From Candidatus Bathyarchaeota archaeon (GTDB lineage Archaea; Thermoproteota; Bathyarchaeia; Bathyarchaeales; Bathycorpusculaceae), in NCBI GenBank assembly GCA_963826715.1, contig CAWGYA010000007.1, positions 211,445-275,444 on the forward strand: 64,000 nt of DNA, in the 5' to 3' direction. Made by a program: the position numbers and the translations under genes. The first letter of the stretch is position 1, and each line of letters begins with the position of its first letter. Shown piece after piece: positions 1-8,899 of the stretch. The notes below the pieces were generated by a model, which saw nothing but the letters and a program-made list of their open reading frames with translations, was not told the DNA's origin and searched no databases.

Positions 1-1075
1 TTTTCTTTCTTGCTTTCTGAAGGCGTCTCCTACTGATGAAGTTTGAGTCTGGAGCAAGAACTGTAAATTGAAAAGCAATGTATGACAGAACAGTTTTAAT
101 GAAGAAAATCACTACTCCACTTAGCAAAGCCACAGATGCTCCTATGGCGAAAGGAACACCCAGCGCGTTGTAGATTTCACTTGAAATTATTTGAGCATAC
201 CCAATAAAAGCATATCCTTGAGCTTCAACATTACCTGCGACTGAACGAACTATTACAACCTTGTCAAGTGGAATTAGTTGTCCAAGTGATGCGAACACAA
301 AAAGTAAGGCGAGGACTTCAAATCCCCACGCAAAAAATGAAAGTATCATCGGTTTTATAAGCACTCTAGTGTTTTGCAACAACTCCTTCATGCCTTCATG
401 ATAATCATCCAACGCTTTTTGCACCTTAATTTCCAATAGCGCGAGTCTTTTGCGATTTCTACCCAGGGACGATATGAACCCGAATAGAGTACTGACAAAC
501 TTCTTTGCGCTGTTAGGTTTAAAACTAGCAAGGAGCAGTATGAAAAGCGGCAGAGTTAGAAGGAACATTATGCTCCCAAGAGTTATGAGAAGAGAACCTT
601 CGAGAGTGTAGTTCAGTAGAAGCAGAATAATCCCAAGAATCATGCTGCCTAAGTTGAATATTGCTTCATATACATTCTTTGCAACAACCGAAGCTACAGC
701 TTTACCACTTTCTATCTTTGGGTCTTTATTGAGAATATATGCTTTAAATAAGTCGCCTGACCATCCTCCCGGAATCAAATTATCTACAAATACTCCGACC
801 CAATAGAGAATGTATGTTCGGCGAAAACTTAACCTAATCTTTAAGGTTTTGAGGAGCTGGAACCAAACTAGAGTGTGAAAAGTTAATGATATTAAGACGC
901 TAGCGATTGCCAAAGCATAGATGCCTATGTTTACTTTTTCTATAACCGCAATTAATTCGGCCAGACCAACGAAGTACAGAAGATAAAAAATCAGTCCTGT
1001 GTAGCCAAGTAACGCTGAAATAAGTATCCATTTTTTAATCGAAGGGCTAATCAAAGGATGTTGGTCTTTTGTCAT
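1..1075 (-). CDS. Flippase-like (lysylphosphatidylglycerol synthase TM / UPF0104) membrane protein, 3' end outside the window
   Basis: Manually translated minus-strand frame from ATG at 1075 (MTKDQHPLISPSIKKWILISALLG...WVGVFVDNLIPGGWSGDLFKAYIL...); multiple TM helices and the family-typical NxxPxG..GD..KAY motif. Confidence 0.75.
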   Translation of the reverse strand, partial: MTKDQHPLISPSIKKWILISALLGYTGLIFYLLYFVGLAELIAVIEKVNIGIYALAIASVLISLTFHTLVWFQLLKTLKIRLSFRRTYILYWVGVFVDNLIPGGWSGDLFKAYILNKDPKIESGKAVASVVAKNVYEAIFNLGSMILGIILLLLNYTLEGSLLITLGSIMFLLTLPLFILLLASFKPNSAKKFVSTLFGFISSLGRNRKRLALLEIKVQKALDDYHEGMKELLQNTRVLIKPMILSFFAWGFEVLALLFVFASLGQLIPLDKVVIVRSVAGNVEAQGYAFIGYAQIISSEIYNALGVPFAIGASVALLSGVVIFFIKTVLSYIAFQFTVLAPDSNFISRRRLQKARKK

Positions 1076-1205
1076 ATAATCTATCGTAGGAAAGACGGAA
1101 GCTGGAATATATCAGGGTTACCAAATTTAATCTTCCACTAAATTAAAATCTGTTTTTCAAATCCCGCTTTCCTTATATAAACAGAAAACACATTAAGCCC
1201 TTAAG

Positions 1206-1724
1206 GTGCATAGTTTGCCCAAACTCGTTGCTGTTGTGGGAGCAAAGCATTCAGGCAAAACTACAATTATAGAGCATTTAATCGCGGAGATCAAAAGTCG
1301 AGGTTACACAATAGGCATTATTAAAGAGATGGTGCGCATCCCTAGCATAGATACACCAGCTAAAGAAACTGATCGATATGCTAAAGCAGGCGCAGAAACT
1401 ATCGTTGCAGTCCCGCAGAAAGAAACGGTATTTTTCATCAAGAAAAAGCTTACCTTAAAGGAAATTATGCTTCACTTAAAAGGCATAGATTTTGTGATTT
1501 TAGAAGGCTTTGAAATTGAAGCCTCAATCCCCAAAATTGTTGCCGCTAAAACCTCTGAAGAAGCCCACAGTTACCCAGCCAAGACCATTGCAGTCTCAGG
1601 CATAATCACCGATTCAGAAACAGAAACTAAGCTCGCTTTGGACTTAAAAATTCCGTTGCTTAGTAGTTTTAGTGAAATAAAGCAATTGGTTGATATAGTT
1701 GAGCATAAGGCGTTGGTTTTTTAG
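1206..1724 (+). CDS. mobB: Molybdopterin-guanine dinucleotide biosynthesis protein B
   Basis: P-loop GAKHSGKTT, IGIIK, D-T-x-R-Y-x-x-AGA and VILEGF motifs typical of MobB. Confidence 0.85.
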   Translation: MHSLPKLVAVVGAKHSGKTTIIEHLIAEIKSRGYTIGIIKEMVRIPSIDTPAKETDRYAKAGAETIVAVPQKETVFFIKKKLTLKEIMLHLKGIDFVILEGFEIEASIPKIVAAKTSEEAHSYPAKTIAVSGIITDSETETKLALDLKIPLLSSFSEIKQLVDIVEHKALVF

Positions 1725-2233
1725 TTGACTTGGATCGCTGAGATGCCCCTAACCCACCGTTGGGCATAAAGGTCATCACCGATGATTAACCGCAAGGGTC
1801 CCTCGCCGCCGTCTTTTAACAGCGTGAGAGGTGTGTCATCTTTTTTATAAGCGATTAGGGTGTTTTGGTTTTGTGCTTCCTCCATTGTTATAGTTGCTCC
1901 ATAGCCGTCTTGAGCTTGCACAAAAACCGAAATGCCATTGATATTTGCTTGAGCTTGATTGAGTAGGTCTTTTAAGCAAACCCCTGTGTAATTGAAGACG
2001 CCATTATCTTCTGTTCTGCTACTGGAAGTCAAGCTCACCTGTATGGTCTTTGAAGGATAAGATTCTAGTTCGGCAAATGTTAGAGTGATGGGATTGTGGA
2101 CGTCGCCTTTAACCTGGAGTGAATTAAGCTGTGAATTATCGGGGTGCGTGTAAATATAGAGAGGGACGGCCACTAGGATTAAAATTAATAAAAATATAAG
2201 GGCCCTTTTGGTATTTTTTTGCATTTTAGTCAC
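1721..2233 (-). CDS. Membrane-anchored sulfite-oxidase-fold (Oxidored_molyb-like) protein, single domain
   Basis: N-terminal TM helix; YTGVxLKDLL, AQDGY, LIAY, GPLRLII, RWVRG motifs; GTG start abuts the upstream stop codon. Confidence 0.75.
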   Translation of the reverse strand: MTKMQKNTKRALIFLLILILVAVPLYIYTHPDNSQLNSLQVKGDVHNPITLTFAELESYPSKTIQVSLTSSSRTEDNGVFNYTGVCLKDLLNQAQANINGISVFVQAQDGYGATITMEEAQNQNTLIAYKKDDTPLTLLKDGGEGPLRLIIGDDLYAQRWVRGISAIQVN

Positions 2234-3163
2234 CTATGAAACCGTTATCTCAGACATCCATCTGACCCAGTTTTGACCCCATTTAAACTCTTCAGTGGGT
2301 ACAAACAAACGGAATGGTGCTCCATCATTGGGCGGGATGTATTTTCCGTTTTCTTGGTAACCAATTAACATGTCGTTACTTTGTACTTGTGCGAGAGTGA
2401 ATTCTCTACTGTAGCCATCGATGGCAGTTACCGTGATTTTGGTTGCGTTTGAAAATATACCACTTGCCTGAAGTACGCTCTCGACAGTAACCCCGGTCCA
2501 TTCTGATGTTCGCTGAGGTTCTCCACCAGGAGCAAAAGGGGCATTTACAGTTTTTACTTCGTAGTTTGTAATGTTGTTTCCTGTCAGTACCATTGGATAT
2601 GTAACTGAGCCATTGACGGTTATGGTCCAGGGATCTATGTTAATTTCCGCGACACTTTTAACGTTAAAGTTAGACTGTAAGCCTGGTGTAATGAGTTTTA
2701 GTGGTCCCTCGGATGTATCAGTTATCCAATGTCCATCTTTAGCTAAAGCTAAAATGAATTCGTTTCCCGAATATTGGGTACTGTTGTATGCTTGATAGGT
2801 GTTTATTGTTCGTTTGAAGCCGTCAGAGGAAATGATATTGATGAAGCCAGCGTTCCAGGATGCATTTGTTTCATTAAGAAGTTGTGTTACCGATACTCCT
2901 AGATATGTTGCAGTTTCATCTTTAATTGTAGTCGTGACTTTAGTCAAGTGCATACGAATTAAATCTGATATGCTAAGTGTCTTTTCAACTGCAACGTCCC
3001 CCGTGATCCTTAGTTCTGCGTTCGGAGAATTTCCGAATGGGATTTCTTGATTAGTTGTTTGAGGTTTGTTGATGTTGGTTAAATAATAAAGTGATGATCC
3101 CAGAGCAACTACCACAACGATAATTGTCATAATGGTTAAGACGATTTTTGTGTTTTTATGCAA
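2234..3163 (-). CDS. Membrane-anchored protein with two sulfite-oxidase-fold (Oxidored_molyb-like) domains
   Basis: N-terminal TM helix; repeated YLGVSV..SSDGF..GPLKLI and WTGVTV..AIDGY..GAPFRL..NWVRW; no Cys; several N-x-S/T sequons. Confidence 0.75.
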   Translation of the reverse strand: MHKNTKIVLTIMTIIVVVVALGSSLYYLTNINKPQTTNQEIPFGNSPNAELRITGDVAVEKTLSISDLIRMHLTKVTTTIKDETATYLGVSVTQLLNETNASWNAGFINIISSDGFKRTINTYQAYNSTQYSGNEFILALAKDGHWITDTSEGPLKLITPGLQSNFNVKSVAEINIDPWTITVNGSVTYPMVLTGNNITNYEVKTVNAPFAPGGEPQRTSEWTGVTVESVLQASGIFSNATKITVTAIDGYSREFTLAQVQSNDMLIGYQENGKYIPPNDGAPFRLFVPTEEFKWGQNWVRWMSEITVS

Positions 3164-3725
3164 TTTTTTTTCCTCCTAATCCAAGGGACCCTACTCTGAC
3201 AAGAAGCATATTCGCGATGAACCCACCGACAAAACCACTGATTGCTGCAATTACACTTAAAAAAGCAAGCACAACCCACGGCAAAAAAAGTACCGTAACG
3301 CCAACAAGTACAGTTCCTACAACGTTTGCCAGACTGGATGCCCCCATACAACATGCAAGGCAGCATGCTCTATGTCTAGAAAATAAAAAGAAAACGTCGA
3401 TAGCTAAGCCCGGGGCAAGGTATATTATGAAATTAAGCAAGCCAAAGTTGCCAAAGGGTAGAATTAAGCTAATGAATGCTTGAGTAAGCGATACTAAGGA
3501 TGCGGCGCCGATTTTACGGACAAAGCCAAACGCCATAATTGGCCACATCATGTATAATCCGCCTAAAACAGCTCCTGTCGGGATGTAAGCTGCTCCTATG
3601 AATGGTCCCAATAACGGGTGAAGAAGATTTTTGGTTGCTAAGCCCAAGCTTGCAAAAAGTGAAATAATTACTAGATCTACTGTTGCGATTCTTAGGTTGC
3701 TGTTGCGATTGGTTTGGTTTAGCAG
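3156..3725 (-). CDS. ECF transporter S component (probable CTG start at 3725; ORF track starts at 3647)
   Basis: About 6 TM helices; the frame is open upstream through RIATVDLVIISLFASLGLATKN, a typical first S-component helix; CCLACC motif. Confidence 0.7.
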   Translation of the reverse strand: MLNQTNRNSNLRIATVDLVIISLFASLGLATKNLLHPLLGPFIGAAYIPTGAVLGGLYMMWPIMAFGFVRKIGAASLVSLTQAFISLILPFGNFGLLNFIIYLAPGLAIDVFFLFSRHRACCLACCMGASSLANVVGTVLVGVTVLFLPWVVLAFLSVIAAISGFVGGFIANMLLVRVGSLGLGGKKIA

Positions 3726-3738
3726 ATTCTTAAAGCTC

Positions 3739-3762
3739 CGATATTATATCTTGGTAATATCG
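3739..3762. promoter_or_regulatory. Candidate ModE-type operator (CGATATTA-N8-TAATATCG)
   Basis: Perfect 8-bp inverted repeat between the regulator gene and the ECF-S start; resembles ModE boxes (CGnTATATA-Nx-TATATAnCG). Confidence 0.55.
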
Positions 3763-3797
3763 AGAAATTAAAACGTTACCATTAAAAATTCATGTAA

Positions 3798-4127
3798 TTA
3801 TGAAATTTCTTTAAGAGTGGCCTCCAGTTTAGCCTGAGCTTTTCTAAAACGAAATACCAAATCCTTTCCGACCATGGTTACCTCTGAGGAACCGCCGCCT
3901 TTTGCGCCACCGCGAACTCGTGTAACCAATGATTCCTCAAGCCGATCTTCTGCAAGCGTTATTCGGTGAAGTGCATAACGATAGGACATCCCTAATTCTT
4001 TGGCAGCCTCTAATATTGAGTGGTGTTTGTCTATTGCCTCTAGAAGTTGCGCTAAGCCATCCCCGAAGACTGCTTCGTTTTTCCCGTTTATCATCCAAAG
4101 TTTAAAATTGTAACTCAGTGGGTGCAT
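3798..4127 (-). CDS. modE: ModE-family winged-HTH regulator (short form, no TOBE domains)
   Basis: FGDGLAQLLEAID..HSILEAAKELGMSYRYA..RGGAKGGGSEVT-like signature of the ModE DNA-binding domain. Confidence 0.8.
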   Translation of the reverse strand: MHPLSYNFKLWMINGKNEAVFGDGLAQLLEAIDKHHSILEAAKELGMSYRYALHRITLAEDRLEESLVTRVRGGAKGGGSSEVTMVGKDLVFRFRKAQAKLEATLKEIS

Positions 4128-4264
4128 TTCGCATTCACTAAAGTTAGTTAAGGTTTATGCAAATAAATTTAATGCCAGTTTGTGTGGGTTTGGCTCTATT
4201 ACGGTTCGCTTTTTTTAATGTTGAGGTTGCTTTGATGATCCAGCAACACTTTTATAGCATATAT

Positions 4265-4278
4265 ATTGTATATACAAT
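4265..4278. promoter_or_regulatory. Perfect 14-bp palindrome ATTGTATATACAAT in the modE/nfnA divergent promoter
   Basis: Self-complementary sequence about 55 bp upstream of nfnA. Confidence 0.4.
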
Positions 4279-4332
4279 TAATATTATTGCCGAACACGTT
4301 TGCAAATGGAGAACGGAAGTGCTAGAAAAACT

Positions 4333-5199
4333 ATGCAAAAATTAGAACTCAACCAAATTGTTGAAAAAGAACAACTTAATTCTGTAACTAAAAAAATCAC
4401 CGTTTACGCTCCTGATATTGCAGCAAAAGCCAAAGCTGGGCAATTCGTAATCTTCAAAGTACATCAGGACAGCGAACGCATTCCCCTAACTTTATCCTCT
4501 TGGGATAAAGAAAAAGGCACTATCTCCCACATATTCCAAGAAGTAGGTTTTTCAACAAAAGAACTCGGCGCACTTGAAGTCGGACAAAAAATCCAAAGCG
4601 TAGCAGGTCCATTGGGAAACCCGAGCGAAATCAAAAACTTTGGAACCGCTGCAGTAATTTGCGGAGGCTTAGGTACAGCCGTGGCTTACCCTGTAGCTAA
4701 AGCCCTCAAAGAGGCCGGGAATAAAGTCATATCCATAATCGGTGCGAGAAGCGCTGAACTATTCATTTTGGAAGATGAAATGAAAGCGGTATCTGACGAG
4801 GTCTTCTTAACCTCAGACGACGGTACAAAAGGACAGAAAGGGTTTGTCAGTGACGTGCTTAAATCCTTGATCGCGAAAAATTACGACTTTAACATAGTTT
4901 TCGCTATTGGACCCCCCATTATGATGAGCGTAATAGCAGACATCACGCGACCCTACAAAATCAAAACTATTGCCAGCCTAAACCCAATAATGGTAGATGG
5001 CATGGGGATGTGTGGTGCCTGCCGGGTTTCGATTGGTGACAAAACCCAATTCGCCTGCGTGGACGGACCAGAATTTGACGCTCACCAAGTTAACTTTAAA
5101 GAGCTAATGCAAAGGCTCAAATGTTACTGCACTGAAGAAAAACATGACGCCTTAACAACTCAAAAACCAGGAGGAACATGCCAATGTCACAGCCAATAA
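4333..5199 (+). CDS. nfnA: NADH-dependent reduced ferredoxin:NADP+ oxidoreductase small subunit (NfnA/SudB)
   Basis: ERIPLT, GPLG, GGLG and MVDGMGMCGACRV..CVDGPEF 2Fe-2S motif; ATG at 4333. Confidence 0.9.
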   Translation: MQKLELNQIVEKEQLNSVTKKITVYAPDIAAKAKAGQFVIFKVHQDSERIPLTLSSWDKEKGTISHIFQEVGFSTKELGALEVGQKIQSVAGPLGNPSEIKNFGTAAVICGGLGTAVAYPVAKALKEAGNKVISIIGARSAELFILEDEMKAVSDEVFLTSDDGTKGQKGFVSDVLKSLIAKNYDFNIVFAIGPPIMMSVIADITRPYKIKTIASLNPIMVDGMGMCGACRVSIGDKTQFACVDGPEFDAHQVNFKELMQRLKCYCTEEKHDALTTQKPGGTCQCHSQ

Positions 5200-6617
5200 A
5201 AGAAACCCCTAAACACCAAAACCGATTAAAAGCAGTTGAAGTCCAAAAACAGGAACCATCCGCCCGAAGCAAAAACTTTGATGAAGTCGTTTTGGGCTAC
5301 AATGAAGAGCAAGCTCAAGCTGAAGCTTCTCGGTGTCTAAACTGCCCTAAACCCTTCTGTGTGGAGGGATGCCCTGTCAGCGTGGAAATCCCCAAATTCA
5401 TTGCGCTAATCAAACAGAAAGACTATGACGCAGCAATCAAACAAGTCAAAGAAAAAAATAGTTTACCGGCCATCTGCGGTAGAGTTTGTCCGCAAGAAGA
5501 GCAATGCCAAAAAAGATGTATTCTTGGCAAGAAAGGCGAACCTGTTTCCATAGGACGCCTTGAACGCTTCGTTGCCGATCTTGAACAGAAGAAAGGCATA
5601 TCTGCCCAAGCTGTTCCAGCGTTAAACGGCAAAAAAATCGCAGTTGTCGGCGCAGGACCCGCTGGCTTAACAGTTGCCGCAGACCTTGCCAAACTCGGTT
5701 ACAAAGTCACAATATATGAAGCGCTCCACACTGGAGGAGGCGTCTTAGTTTATGGTATCCCAGAATTCAGATTACCCAAACGGATTGTGCAAGCCGAAAT
5801 CGATTACATCCAAAAACTCGGGGTTGAATTACAGCCTGACTATCTAATCGGTAGAATATTTACCGTCGAAGAACTTTTTAAGAAAGGCTTCAGTGCCGTC
5901 TTTATTGCCACGGGTGCAGGACTGCCTAAATTCCTCAATGTTCCAGGAGAAAACCTAAACGGAATCTATAGTGCCAACGAATTTCTCATCCGTGTTAACT
6001 TGATGAAATCGTATGACTTCCCAAAAAACAAAACGCCTATTCGCGTCGGCAAGCAAGTGGCGGTTATAGGGGGCGGCAACGTAGCTTTAGACTCAGCGAG
6101 ATGTGCGCTGCGTTTAGGTGCTGACAAAGTAACAATAATCTATCGCCGTACAAGAAATGAAATGCCTGCACGCCAAGAAGAAATCGAGAACGCTGAAGAA
6201 GAAGGAATAGTTTTCAAGTACTTAACTGCCCCGCTTAAATTCATGGGAGATGAGCTAGGGAATGTTAAGATCATGGATACAATTTCAATGAGACTTTGCG
6301 ACTCAGATGACACTGGAAGACACCAAGTTGCTCCAATCGAAGGCTCACAAGAGGTTATGGATGTTGATACAGTAATAGTTGCTATCGGGCGCACCCCAAA
6401 CCCCATCATACAGGGGACAACACCGGGTTTGAAGACCCAACGCGGTGGCATTATAGCTAGCGACGAGAACTTCAAAACCAGCATCGATGGCGTATATGTA
6501 GGTGGCGACATCGCAACAGGCGAAGCAACCGTTATCAGTGCTATGGGTACAGGTAAAACTGCGGCTAAGGCCATCCACGAATATCTCTCTAAGGAAAAAC
6601 AAAAACCCAAAAAATAA
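5178..6617 (+). CDS. nfnB: NfnB/SudA large subunit (GltD-like)
   Basis: RCLNC..CVEGCP, CGRVCPQEEQC, GAGPAG, GGGNVA; overlaps nfnA. Confidence 0.9.
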   Translation: MPMSQPIKETPKHQNRLKAVEVQKQEPSARSKNFDEVVLGYNEEQAQAEASRCLNCPKPFCVEGCPVSVEIPKFIALIKQKDYDAAIKQVKEKNSLPAICGRVCPQEEQCQKRCILGKKGEPVSIGRLERFVADLEQKKGISAQAVPALNGKKIAVVGAGPAGLTVAADLAKLGYKVTIYEALHTGGGVLVYGIPEFRLPKRIVQAEIDYIQKLGVELQPDYLIGRIFTVEELFKKGFSAVFIATGAGLPKFLNVPGENLNGIYSANEFLIRVNLMKSYDFPKNKTPIRVGKQVAVIGGGNVALDSARCALRLGADKVTIIYRRTRNEMPARQEEIENAEEEGIVFKYLTAPLKFMGDELGNVKIMDTISMRLCDSDDTGRHQVAPIEGSQEVMDVDTVIVAIGRTPNPIIQGTTPGLKTQRGGIIASDENFKTSIDGVYVGGDIATGEATVISAMGTGKTAAKAIHEYLSKEKQKPKK

Positions 6618-6651
6618 ACTGCTAACTTTTTGTTAGCCTCAAAATTTTTCT

Positions 6652-7698
6652 TTATTGTTTTATTTTTAATTCATAATTTTCAGGTGAGGCTTCTTTAAAA
6701 GCTCGGTTTACTGCTGTTTCGGCTATATTGAAGGTGCAATGAGCAATTCGTTTGATGTTGTCGCGAATCGAACATATTCCGCATACCAACTCTGCACTTT
6801 TTTGTGGTCCTGTAAAGGCGCGGGAAGTAATTTCAACATCAATTTTATCCATTTTCTGGCGGAACTTCATGATTCTTACTGCGTTGTTGACGTCTTTTGC
6901 GAAGAAGGCTTCAACCGCCTGTACGTAAAGATTTGTAACTTCTGTTCCTGCGCTGACCATAAGAGCCAATACGTCATTGGGAATGGTTTGTTGGACACCG
7001 CTTAGCATGATTATGTGGCGAGTTATGTCCGAGGCGTAATCAGAGGCATGTTCCATATGGGTGACAAGCATCTGATGGTCCATACAGTCCAACGGGTCAA
7101 CGTGTAACTCCTTGGCTAAATGTGGGTCTTGACCTGCATTACGCAAAATTCTGATAATGAAGAAGGCAAATTGATCCACATCGTCATCAAGAGAAAAGGA
7201 GGATTTCGCAAGCGCTACATCATTGTTTTTAAGGGCGGTTAAAGCGCCTTCGCACATTGACCTTGAAATTAGATGCATACGTTGAAGTGCCTGCTCGAGA
7301 GATGCTTTAGACTCATCCATGAGGCTTTGGATATAAACGCATTTTGCATCAGCCTCCATAACTCTAAGATAAAGGCGCCCAGCCATGTTGCGGATGGCTT
7401 TGGTTTGAGGTACAGTGAAAATATTGTCAGATGTAAGCATAATGCCTGTGTAACCGTTGAGGAAGGCGCCCAGAATCTTTTGGGTTATGTAAATTTCCTC
7501 TTCGTTTTGCCCCACAGCTAATGTAATTTCTTTTAGATCAGATTTCTTTGTCGCGCTGGGGTAGATAACCAAAGAGCGGTCTTTTTGAATGTTGACGATA
7601 ACAGTTTGTCCTTTTTTGAGGTCGTTTAGCTGCATCCAATCTTTTGGAAGGGAAACTACTAGCGAGGATTTCCCCAGGGACATGATTTTTCGTTCCAA
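6652..7698 (-). CDS. Phosphate uptake regulator PhoU family with N-terminal AbrB domain
   Basis: RKIMSLGKSSLVVSLPKDW AbrB start; DDDVD, EH..DY and KRIAH PhoU-like repeats. Confidence 0.85.
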   Translation of the reverse strand: MERKIMSLGKSSLVVSLPKDWMQLNDLKKGQTVIVNIQKDRSLVIYPSATKKSDLKEITLAVGQNEEEIYITQKILGAFLNGYTGIMLTSDNIFTVPQTKAIRNMAGRLYLRVMEADAKCVYIQSLMDESKASLEQALQRMHLISRSMCEGALTALKNNDVALAKSSFSLDDDVDQFAFFIIRILRNAGQDPHLAKELHVDPLDCMDHQMLVTHMEHASDYASDITRHIIMLSGVQQTIPNDVLALMVSAGTEVTNLYVQAVEAFFAKDVNNAVRIMKFRQKMDKIDVEITSRAFTGPQKSAELVCGICSIRDNIKRIAHCTFNIAETAVNRAFKEASPENYELKIKQ

Positions 7699-8055
7699 TT
7701 CTAATTCACAACTCGGCAGATATTAACTGTTAATACTATGTCGCATTAAATATATATTATGCGTTAGTTGATTAGAGAAAATCCAGTTGACAAATAACAA
7801 GCTTCGTTAACTTCCAGAATTAAAGAAAAAAAGTGTTACATTTTACTAATTGTTGACCAAACTAAATTTAGAAAGAAAATTACTACACTTGAATAAAGGA
7901 AAGCAGCCTCATTTTTATCAGCATTGAAAACTAACTCTTATAACCCGATGATTTGCTGGTTTTAGAAAAATTCGCAATCCCACTTCATTTTATCGGGAAT
8001 TGACGGGCAGATTCAATGGAACAGATTTAAGTGGTAGACCAAGTCTTGTTTGATT

Positions 8056-8895
8056 ATGTTCCAAATCAAAAAATTGCGCAAGATCGACTTTACTTTTGCA
8101 GTAGAGTTAGCAAATACTATGGATTGGAACATGGCCCCTGAAGATTTTGAATTCATGAACATGCTGGAGCCAGAAGGTTCTTTTTTGCTTTATAACGGAT
8201 CAGAGAAGATTGGTATAGCTACAGCTATCAGCTATGACAAATTAGGTTGGTTCGGTAACTTAATTGTTAAGAAAGAATACCGTGGAGGGGGCGGCGGTAG
8301 CGCCCTTGTAGATCACGCCGTTAATTTTCTGTGCGGCAGGGGTGTCAAAACTATTGGTCTTTATGCATATCCCCATCTCGTTGACTTCTACACCGGCTTA
8401 GGCTTTAAGCAAGATGAGGACTTCTCAGTTTTACAATCCACAATTGTTAGGACGGTTGCTGCTGAAAAGCTTCCTGAAATCGAAAAAAGTCAGCTCTCTA
8501 AAATAATCAAATTTGATAAGGATTGCTTCGGCGGCGATAGAACACGGCTGCTCAAAGCAATACTTCCTGAAGAAGACAACCTAAGTTTTCAAGTTACTGA
8601 AGACGACCAGATTGTTGGATATGTTGCGGTCACAGTTTATCCGACGTTGGCTTGGGTTGGACCTTTAATTTGTCAATCCCATAGAAGCGATGTTGCACGT
8701 TCGCTTGTAATGGCAGCATTATCTCGTCTAACCGGAAAAAATGTGTATTCTGTAATTCCAAAAAATAATTCTGTTCTCTTTGACACATTTGTAAATGCAG
8801 GGTTTAGGGAGAATTTTTTTGTGAAACGTATGTTTTGGGGTCAACCTACAGGACAAAATTGTATATACATGGCTGAATCTTTAGAAAGAGGCTAA
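8056..8895 (+). CDS. GNAT family N-acetyltransferase (two-domain)
   Basis: LIVKKEYRGGGGGSAL acetyl-CoA motif; FYTGLGF; second domain with VGPL. Confidence 0.85.
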   Translation: MFQIKKLRKIDFTFAVELANTMDWNMAPEDFEFMNMLEPEGSFLLYNGSEKIGIATAISYDKLGWFGNLIVKKEYRGGGGGSALVDHAVNFLCGRGVKTIGLYAYPHLVDFYTGLGFKQDEDFSVLQSTIVRTVAAEKLPEIEKSQLSKIIKFDKDCFGGDRTRLLKAILPEEDNLSFQVTEDDQIVGYVAVTVYPTLAWVGPLICQSHRSDVARSLVMAALSRLTGKNVYSVIPKNNSVLFDTFVNAGFRENFFVKRMFWGQPTGQNCIYMAESLERG

Positions 8896-8899
8896 GCTT

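Noticed and set aside
1721-3163. Active sulfite oxidase/MsrP enzymes
   Set aside because: The Mo-ligating Cys is absent, and there is no Tat motif or haem partner gene
3681-3710. 10-bp direct repeat tgttgcgatt
   Set aside because: Only two short copies, inside the probable coding N-terminus
5178-6617. Glutamate synthase call
   Set aside because: A GltD-like protein paired with an NfnA-like subunit and no GltB nearby indicates NfnAB/SudAB
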